Shown here piece after piece: positions 8,662-14,291 of a stretch of DNA of 14,291 nt (positions are counted from its first letter, which is position 1; each line of letters begins with the position of its first letter). The position numbers and the translations under genes were made by a program. Below the pieces are notes generated by a model. That model was not told the DNA's origin. It was given only the letters and a program-made list of their open reading frames with translations, and made no database searches. The stretch is taken from the NCBI GenBank assembly GCA_965662845.1, contig CBFIJD010000004.1:113964-128254 (forward strand). The letters are read 5' to 3'. The stretch comes from an uncultured bacterium (GTDB lineage Bacteria > SAR324 > NAC60-12).

Positions 8662-10365
8662 ATGCAGACTTCATCTTCCACTTGGCCGATTGCGCGCCGT
8701 CCCACGCGGGTGGTTGCGGTGGGGGGATTGCGTATCGGAGGCACGGAACCTATTCGTGTTCAGTCCATGCTGACCAGCGACACCTGCGACGTTGAAGCCG
8801 TCCTGAGCGAGATGCAACGCCTCGTAGAGGCAGAATGTGAACTCATCCGCTTGACGGTTCCCAATCAAAAGTCCGTCGAGGCCCTCCCCCTCATTCGCTA
8901 TGGAATGCAGGAGCGCGGTCTTGAGGTCCCCTTAGTGGCAGACATCCATTTCAATCCTCAGCTCGCTTGGAACGCCTGCGAATTTGTGGAAAAAGTCAGG
9001 ATCAACCCCGGCAACTACGCCGACCGGAAGAAGTTTGAAGTGCGCGAATACTCCGATGCACAATATGCAGACGAACTCAGCCGAATCGAAGAGAAGCTGC
9101 TGCCGCTTATTCAACGCTTGAAAGAGTTCAATCGGGCGCTGCGCGTCGGCACCAATCACGGCTCGCTCTCCGACCGCATCGTGAATCGCTATGGGGATAC
9201 GCCACGCGGCATGACCGAGTCAGCGATGGAGTTTTTGCGCATTTTGCGGCGGCACGAGTTTCATAACATCATCATCTCCATGAAAGCCTCGAACCCGCTC
9301 GTGATGATGGAAGCATATCGGGAGTTGGTCGCGCAAATGACGCAGGAGGAGATGGACTATCCACTGCACTTGGGGGTCACAGAAGCCGGAAATGCCTTAG
9401 ATGGGCGCGTCAAAAGCGCCGTAGGGATTGGCTCCTTACTGCTGGAGGGATTGGGCGACACGATTCGTGTCTCACTCACAGAGCCCGCTGAAGAAGAAAT
9501 CCCCGCAGCTCGCGCCATCCTGGACGGCGTGAGACGCTCTCATCGGCCACCAACCACCTTCCAGCCTCCTGAAGTCGGACAAGCTTTTCAAACCACGTCG
9601 ACCCACATCGTGCAGCTGGACGACATCTCGGTGGGGGGGGACTCTCCTTTCAAATTGTTGGGCCTGAGCGACTTTGTTGTGTCCGGGCTGCCGACTGAAC
9701 CCTTTGACTGGGTCGGCTCCGCCGCGGCTTTGCAGAAATCTGACTCAAGCATACAGGTGCTTGACGATCCAGAGGGTGAGCTGCCGACCTCAACCCGTCT
9801 GCTGGTCTTGCGGCATGAGGCGCTGCGCTTCGCGACCAAACGACTGCGCGCAAGAGTAGAACAACAAGGCCTCAAGCACCCCATCGCGTTGCAGTTGCCT
9901 CTACGATCCGAAGAAAGCGAACTCCTTGGGGTCGCTGCAGAAGTGGGCAGTTTGATCGCAGAGAGAGCCCTGCAAGCTTTGGTCGTCCCTACTACTGACG
10001 CGACCCACCCCATCTTTCAGGTCGCTCAAATGCTTCTGCAAGCGACACGTGTGCGTTTGTTCAAAGCGGATTTCATCTCTTGCCCTTCCTGCGGACGAAC
10101 TCATTTTGACTTACAGACGACCACCGAGGCGATCAAAGAGCGCACCGCCCATCTGAAAGGGGTCAAGATTGGCATCATGGGGTGTGTGGTCAACGGCCCC
10201 GGAGAAATGGCAGACGCCGACTTTGGCTACGTGGGATCGGGACCCGGCAAAGTCAACTTGTATAAGGGGCAAGAGTGCGTGCAACGGAATGTGCCGGAGG
10301 GAGCAGCGGTCGAGCATTTGATCGCCTTGATCAAAGAGCACGGCCGCTGGGAAGAGGCGGTGTAA
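8662..10365 (+). CDS. ispG: (E)-4-hydroxy-3-methylbut-2-enyl-diphosphate synthase IspG/GcpE, long form with insertion domain, 567 aa
   Basis: IGG..PIRVQSM, PLVADIHF, RINPGN, RVGTNHGSLS, YPLHLGVTEAG, GDTIRVSLT, and Fe-S ligands CPSCGR and MGCVVNGPGE. SD AAGGA at 8652-8656 precedes ATG 8662. Confidence 0.96.
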   Translation: MQTSSSTWPIARRPTRVVAVGGLRIGGTEPIRVQSMLTSDTCDVEAVLSEMQRLVEAECELIRLTVPNQKSVEALPLIRYGMQERGLEVPLVADIHFNPQLAWNACEFVEKVRINPGNYADRKKFEVREYSDAQYADELSRIEEKLLPLIQRLKEFNRALRVGTNHGSLSDRIVNRYGDTPRGMTESAMEFLRILRRHEFHNIIISMKASNPLVMMEAYRELVAQMTQEEMDYPLHLGVTEAGNALDGRVKSAVGIGSLLLEGLGDTIRVSLTEPAEEEIPAARAILDGVRRSHRPPTTFQPPEVGQAFQTTSTHIVQLDDISVGGDSPFKLLGLSDFVVSGLPTEPFDWVGSAAALQKSDSSIQVLDDPEGELPTSTRLLVLRHEALRFATKRLRARVEQQGLKHPIALQLPLRSEESELLGVAAEVGSLIAERALQALVVPTTDATHPIFQVAQMLLQATRVRLFKADFISCPSCGRTHFDLQTTTEAIKERTAHLKGVKIGIMGCVVNGPGEMADADFGYVGSGPGKVNLYKGQECVQRNVPEGAAVEHLIALIKEHGRWEEAV

Positions 10366-10614
10366 TCAGGTCTCTTTCTTGGGACGTTCGCCATCAATCA
10401 CGAAGTAAGACGCGAGCGGGTAGCGGTTGTGAAATTGGCGATATTGCCAATTTTGGTACCCGTTGACAAATTGGCGTAACTCGTCCGCGCGATCTGCAGA
10501 GGTGTGGGGTTTTGCCGGCAGAGAGTTCGCGTAATTTTCGAGGTCTCTCTCAAAGAACGAGATTTCTTGTTCGTCTAATAGTCGATGGTTGATCCGAATG
10601 CCTTCCAAATTCAT
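10366..10614 (-). CDS. Hypothetical protein, 82 aa
   Basis: Strong SD GGGAGG 5 nt upstream of the ATG. Occupies free space, and its stop abuts the ispG stop. No recognised motif. Confidence 0.7.
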   Translation of the reverse strand: MNLEGIRINHRLLDEQEISFFERDLENYANSLPAKPHTSADRADELRQFVNGYQNWQYRQFHNRYPLASYFVIDGERPKKET

Positions 10615-10803
10615 GGTGGCCTCCCTATTTGGTTTCTAGCTGGGTGGAGTGGGTCGCGATGCTCTCCAAAAATCAAAAGCGCCGCGAGAGTGAGTTCGTT
10701 CTATGCGCAAAACTTGGCACAAAACGGTTCTCACGCTAACAGTTTCGCGTGACAAAACTGTGGCAGACGGTCGAGAGTTGAACCAAGAGGCTCGTTAGGG
10801 GAA

Positions 10804-10826
10804 GGCGCCACCACGACAGTAGCGCC
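10804..10826 (-). terminator. Stem-loop downstream of ackA (possible terminator or stability hairpin)
   Basis: Minus-strand RNA GGCGCUACU-GUCGU-GGUGGCGCC gives a 9-bp stem with 2 G-U pairs, which form only on the minus strand, 13 nt after the ackA stop. The U-tract is poor (UUCCCC). Confidence 0.45.
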
Positions 10827-10839
10827 CAAGGGGAGGAGA

Positions 10840-12030
10840 TTACGCGCTTAGCAACGTTAGCGAGTGATGCGCGATGATCTTTTCTTCATTGGTAGGGATC
10901 ACCCAAGCCTGAATGGCGCTGTCATCCGCGCTGATGCGTGGGCCATTGCTTTGGTTGGCAGATGGATCGAGCTTCAGCCCCATCCATGACAGACGAGAAC
11001 AGACACGTTCGCGGATGACATCGGAGTGTTCGCCCACGCCCGCTGTGAAGACGAGCGCGTCAAAACCTTCTAAGACCGCAGTCAAGGCTCCGATTTCTTT
11101 CACCACTCTTCGGACAAACAGCTCCACGGCTTCTGCCGCTTCTGCCGCTTGGCTCTCCAGCAAATTGCGCATGTCGTTGCTGATTCCAGAGACCCCGAGG
11201 AGGCCAGACTTCTTGTAAAGAAGATCGGTCAATTCCTCGTATCCCATGCCTCGCTCATTCATTAGATAAAGCAAGACACCCGCGTCAATGCTCCCGCAGC
11301 GAGTCCCCATGATCAACCCATCCAGAGCGGTGAACCCCATGCTAGACTCGACGCTCAGCCGTTGGTCTAGCGCACACATGCTACACCCGCTGCCAAGGTG
11401 CGCGACGACGACCTTACCGTTCGCTTTGTCGCCCAGGTAGGCTGGCAGCTGGCTCGCGATATACTCGTAGGAGAGCCCGTGGAAACCATAGCGCTTGACC
11501 CCAGCCTCCGTGATTTCTCGTGGAATCGCGAACATCTGCGCGACAGGCTTTTGGGTGCGATGGAACGCTGTGTCAAAGCACGCGACCTGTGGCAGCGCAG
11601 GTTTGGTCTCTAACAAGCGGCTGATGGCGGCCATGTTGTGTGGCTGATGCAACGGCGCCAACGGTTTCAGCGCGATGAGGTCTTGCTCAATCTGCTTGTT
11701 GACCAACACGGGCTTGGCGAACTCGGTTCCTCCGTGCACCACGCGATGCCCCACGCCCTTGACTTGCGCCCCATCCAAATGCCCGTCTATCCACTCAAAT
11801 AAGACCTCCAGCGCTTGTGGGTGACGGTATTCCTTCGCGGCGTTGCCTTCGGCAAGTATGCGGTCGTCAACTTTAGTCCCATGCTGGTCTTTCGCCACGA
11901 AATGAGGATTGACCTTCAGGCCTTCGATTTGACCGCTGAAGAGTTGCTTCAACTCCGCGTTGGCTTCAAACAGCGAGAATTTGATGCTCGACGAGCCGGA
12001 GTTGAGGACGACGATGACGTCTTGGCTCAT
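10840..12030 (-). CDS. ackA: Acetate/propionate kinase, 396 aa
   Basis: VLNSGSSSIKF, GHRVVHGG, APLHQP, FDTAFH, RYGFHGLSY, HLGSGCS, FTAGVGE, IPTNEE. ATG at 12030 overlaps the upstream stop (ATGA). Confidence 0.96.
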   Translation of the reverse strand: MSQDVIVVLNSGSSSIKFSLFEANAELKQLFSGQIEGLKVNPHFVAKDQHGTKVDDRILAEGNAAKEYRHPQALEVLFEWIDGHLDGAQVKGVGHRVVHGGTEFAKPVLVNKQIEQDLIALKPLAPLHQPHNMAAISRLLETKPALPQVACFDTAFHRTQKPVAQMFAIPREITEAGVKRYGFHGLSYEYIASQLPAYLGDKANGKVVVAHLGSGCSMCALDQRLSVESSMGFTALDGLIMGTRCGSIDAGVLLYLMNERGMGYEELTDLLYKKSGLLGVSGISNDMRNLLESQAAEAAEAVELFVRRVVKEIGALTAVLEGFDALVFTAGVGEHSDVIRERVCSRLSWMGLKLDPSANQSNGPRISADDSAIQAWVIPTNEEKIIAHHSLTLLSA

Positions 12031-13427
12031 TTGACTCCTTTCATCTTCTTGCGATACGCGGCGACCATGACCGCGAGCGCGCACGAGGCCATGCGGGCGA
12101 GGGTATCATCCGCGCGGCTAGTGAGGATGATGGGGACACGTGCGCCCATCACAACTCCAGCCATCGAGGCGTCTGCGAGGTAGGTCAACTGCTTGAAGAG
12201 CATGTTCCCAGACTCTAAGTCGGGCACCAGCAAGATGTCAGCTTCTCCAGAGACTTCCGAGGTGATGCCCTTGATGTTCGCGGCTTCACGGGAGATCGCG
12301 TTGTCGAAGGCTAGCGGTCCGTCAATCACACAGTTCTTGAGTTGTCCTCGGTCGGCCATCTTGCAGAGCGCCGCAGCTTCTATGGTGGAGTTGATCTTCG
12401 TGTTGATGGTCTCCATCGCAGAGAGAACCGCAATTTTGGGGGTTTCCACACCCATCGATTGCACCACTTCAATCGCGTTTTGGAGGATGTGGAGCTTGTC
12501 TTCAAGGCTAGGATAAATGTTGATCGCGGCGTCTGTGATGTAGATCACGCGTGGAGAGCGCGGAACGTCCATCGCAGCAACGTGGCTCATCTTGCGCTCT
12601 GTGCGGATGCCTTTGTCTTTGTGCAAGACGGCGTGCATGAGTTCGTCGGTGTGCAGACTTCCTTTCATTAGGGCTTCGGCGCGACCACTACGAACGATCT
12701 CCACCGCCTGAATCGCCGAGTCATGGCTGTGCTCTACGTCAACGATCTCAAACTTGGAGATGTCGATGTTGTTCTCTTCTGCGACTTTCTTGATCTTCGA
12801 CTCTGGTCCCACCAAGATGGGTTCAATCAAGTTCGCTTGTGCCGCTTCCAACGCCCCGATCAACGAAACTTGATTACAGGGGTGCGCCACCGCAGTCGGA
12901 ACCGGCTCCATCGCGCGTCCCTTGTCAATCATCTCTCGGTGGCGACTGCCCTTCTCATACATTTGCACTTCTGGAAGGATCACCCGCTCGCGCTTGATCT
13001 TCTCCGATGGAGCAATCACATCCGCTTCGCCTTCTGTCACCAGATCGCCGTTTTGGTTCACGCAAATGCAGTGGAGTTTGATGCGCTTCTTGGCGTCATC
13101 TTTTTCTTTCACTTCTACCGTCACAGTGACTTGGTCTCCTAGGGTGACGGGACGCTTGAAGCGTAGCGTTTGCCCAAGATAGATGGTGCCGGGGCCGGGC
13201 AGATTGACTCCCAGAATCGTGGAGATCAGAGAACCACTCCACATACCGTGGGCGATAATTTTATGAAACATACTGCTCTGCGCATACTCTTCATCCATGT
13301 GCGCAGGGTTGATGTCTCCGGACATTACGGCGAACAGGTGAATGTCTTCTGGGGTGAGCGTGCGGGCCAGTGAAGCTTTGTCACCGACCTGAATTTCTTC
13401 GTACGTCTTATTTTCAATGAATTCCAT
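12027..13427 (-). CDS. Bifunctional MaoC-type (R)-enoyl-CoA hydratase / phosphate acetyl(butyryl)transferase
   Basis: N-terminal MaoC hydratase motif FAVMSGDINPAH...IAHGMW...LPGPGTIY. C-terminal PTA/PTB motifs LMKGSLHT, TDAAIN, DGPLAFDNAIS, ADILLVPDLESGN, PIILTSRAD. SD GGAG upstream. Confidence 0.95.
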   Translation of the reverse strand: MEFIENKTYEEIQVGDKASLARTLTPEDIHLFAVMSGDINPAHMDEEYAQSSMFHKIIAHGMWSGSLISTILGVNLPGPGTIYLGQTLRFKRPVTLGDQVTVTVEVKEKDDAKKRIKLHCICVNQNGDLVTEGEADVIAPSEKIKRERVILPEVQMYEKGSRHREMIDKGRAMEPVPTAVAHPCNQVSLIGALEAAQANLIEPILVGPESKIKKVAEENNIDISKFEIVDVEHSHDSAIQAVEIVRSGRAEALMKGSLHTDELMHAVLHKDKGIRTERKMSHVAAMDVPRSPRVIYITDAAINIYPSLEDKLHILQNAIEVVQSMGVETPKIAVLSAMETINTKINSTIEAAALCKMADRGQLKNCVIDGPLAFDNAISREAANIKGITSEVSGEADILLVPDLESGNMLFKQLTYLADASMAGVVMGARVPIILTSRADDTLARMASCALAVMVAAYRKKMKGVK

Positions 13428-13484
13428 AGTGTGCTCCAGAGGGGAGGGGTAGATTAGGAGGGCTTACAATGCCTAAAGCACTTA

Positions 13485-13513
13485 ATTATCATTTTTCCTG
13501 CTTAAACACACAA
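13485..13513 (-). promoter_or_regulatory. Candidate sigma70 promoter for maoC-pta/ackA
   Basis: Minus strand TTGTGT-17 nt-GATAAT in an AT-rich stretch, with the -10 about 58 nt upstream of the ATG. Confidence 0.45.
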
Positions 13514-13548
13514 GAAAGTTCTAACATTATTTGGAAAATGTTTGCGTA

Positions 13549-13585
13549 TTGTGAGCGGTCGCAAAAAAATTGTGCGCTCGCACAA
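13549..13585. promoter_or_regulatory. Tandem 16-bp palindromic operator-like sites
   Basis: TTGTGAGCGGTCGCAA (13549-13564, one mismatch in 6-4-6) and TTGTGCGCTCGCACAA (13570-13585, perfect 7-2-7), offset by 21 bp. Confidence 0.55.
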
Positions 13586-13793
13586 GCGACAAAACGGTCG
13601 GCAGATTGCTCGATCAACGTGACAAGCGCATCACGAATATGGAAAAATGTTTGTCATCACGCTTGTTCTAGTCCACTCTTGCGTCGCTGTTCTCCACACC
13701 CCATGTGCTTGAGAGTAGGCTACTCATCTCCTCCCGCAAAAATAGGGCACTAGCGCCGCTGCGTGGGCGCATACGTGGGCAGCCGTCCCAACT

Positions 13794-14051
13794 TCACCAG
13801 CCTGCCTTCCGCATCCCTGCCACGATTTTCGCCCTGACCGCAGCATCATTCGGCGTCTCTTCGTCTTCGTCATAGCCCAGTGCTCTACTATCAAACACGC
13901 TCAGCAGTTTGTCTTCTGGGATTCGCCATTTTCTGCCTACTCTAAACGCGGGAACCAGACCGCTCTCACAAAACCGATACGCGGTTCGCTCAGACACGTC
14001 CAACTGGAAGGCTAACTCTTTGGGGGATAGGTACTTCGCTTTCGTCTGCAT
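13794..14051 (-). CDS. Excisionase-like / MerR-superfamily helix-turn-helix DNA-binding protein, 85 aa
   Basis: YLSPKELAFQLDVSERTAYRFCESGLVPAFRVGRKWRIP is the Xis/HTH_17 winged-helix pattern. SD GGAG lies 5 nt upstream of ATG 14051; the longer track ORF is probably overextended. Confidence 0.88.
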   Translation of the reverse strand: MQTKAKYLSPKELAFQLDVSERTAYRFCESGLVPAFRVGRKWRIPEDKLLSVFDSRALGYDEDEETPNDAAVRAKIVAGMRKAGW

Positions 14052-14060
14052 AAAAACTCC

Positions 14061-14291
14061 ATGTTGCGGAGGGTGATCAGGGGGAGGGTGCTGCGCTGTT
14101 GTAGCGTTTGCGCTGTGATCGGACAAGGTGGGAGAAGTAGTCACAATGTGATTACGTCCAATCTCGGACGGCGCTACAACCGGACGAAGAAGGCGCACGG
14201 TGCGGAAAAAGGTGGTCGGGGCAACCAGCACACAGAGCCAACGGACAAAATGTCCACTGCAGAATCTCTTGCCGCCGAGCACGGGGTAGGG
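14061..14291 (+). CDS. Phage ParB-like/HTH protein fragment, open to the window end; start uncertain and possibly a pseudogene
   Basis: Stop-free frame from ATG 14061 to the window end, absent from the ORF track. It reads ...GQGGRSSHNVITSNLGRRYNRTKKAHGAEKGGRGNQHTEPTDKMSTAESLAAEHGVG. GRRYN..KK..GG..GNQH...TA..LA.EHGV is a pattern I recall from phage ParB-like proteins just before their HTH. Alternative in-frame GTG starts include 14115 and 14148. Confidence 0.55.
   Translation, partial: MLRRVIRGRVLRCCSVCAVIGQGGRSSHNVITSNLGRRYNRTKKAHGAEKGGRGNQHTEPTDKMSTAESLAAEHGVG

Larger units (their letters stand above)
13794..14291. mobile_element. Probable left end of a prophage/integrative-element remnant
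   Basis: An Xis-like gene and a divergent phage-type ORF follow directly after housekeeping genes. No integrase or att site is visible in the window. Confidence 0.45.

Noticed and set aside
10714..10731. TTGGCAC as a sigma54 -24 element
   Set aside because: No GC at the -12 position (GG-N10-TT), and it faces away from the nearest gene start.
4147..12084. Longer track starts for rseP (4192), dxr (5586), gvpG (8515), ispG (8578) and ackA (12084)
   Set aside because: Internal ATGs coincide with ATGA coupling or SD sites and with the family N-terminal motifs.
156..13373. The many 60-150 aa ORFs overlapping the called genes
   Set aside because: Antisense or alternate-frame shadows of well-supported genes, with no recognisable motifs.
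1..13427. Functional link between the HDAC and pta/ackA through acetyl-phosphate-driven acetylation
   Set aside because: They are more than 10 kb apart in separate transcription units; the sequence gives no support.
13548..13558. ATTGTGAGCGG, identical to the left half of the lac operator (possible vector contamination)
   Set aside because: The right half (ATAACAATT) and all other lac/vector context are absent; it is better explained as part of the local palindrome.
13668..13727. 19-aa minus-strand ORF MSSLLSSTWGVENSDARVD after GGGAGGAG
   Set aside because: The SD-like sequence directly abuts the ATG, so spacing is too short, and the peptide has no features.
13469..13753. 94-aa + strand ORF with an AGGAGG upstream
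   Set aside because: Cys/Ser-rich with no recognisable motif, and it overlies the candidate promoter and operators of the pta operon. Probably spurious, though the SD-like sequence means it is not fully excluded.
14098..14180. tRNA or tRNA-derived att site
   Set aside because: It is multi-stemmed but has no TTCRA T-loop, D-arm, 7-nt anticodon loop or CCA end.
14068..14246. CsrB/RsmY-like sRNA suggested by many GGA motifs
   Set aside because: The GGAs are not in hairpin loops and several are explained by Gly/Arg codons of the + ORF.
14052..14282. 77-aa N-terminal extension of the Xis-like ORF given in the track
   Set aside because: A good SD precedes ATG 14051, the extension is not protein-like, and the opposite strand carries a more recognisable frame.
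1..14291. CRISPR array, IS element or rRNA
   Set aside because: No regularly spaced repeats, transposase ORF, terminal inverted repeats or rRNA motifs were seen.

Overview
Bacterial chromosomal window, diderm judging by the GT9 heptosyltransferase, ExbD and FliN genes. Mostly housekeeping genes in an unusual arrangement, ending in what looks like the edge of a prophage or integrative element. Left to right: the 3' part of a Zn-dependent HDAC-family deacetylase (+); a tightly coupled minus-strand operon uppS-cdsA-dxr-rseP extended by orphan subunits (exbD/tolR, fliN, an OppF/DppF-type ABC ATPase, a Tat-type lipoprotein); a divergent GT9 gene; a lone gvpG-like gene; a long-form ispG with a shortened internal duplicated domain; an 82-aa unknown gene; a MaoC hydratase/phosphate acyltransferase fusion plus ackA, preceded by tandem palindromes; and an excisionase-like HTH gene. 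A + strand ORF missing from the ORF track runs off the right end. It resembles phage ParB-like/HTH proteins and carries two DNA palindromes inside its reading frame. No rRNA, tRNA, CRISPR array, transposase or integrase was recognised. All family calls come from motif recognition by eye, without database searches.
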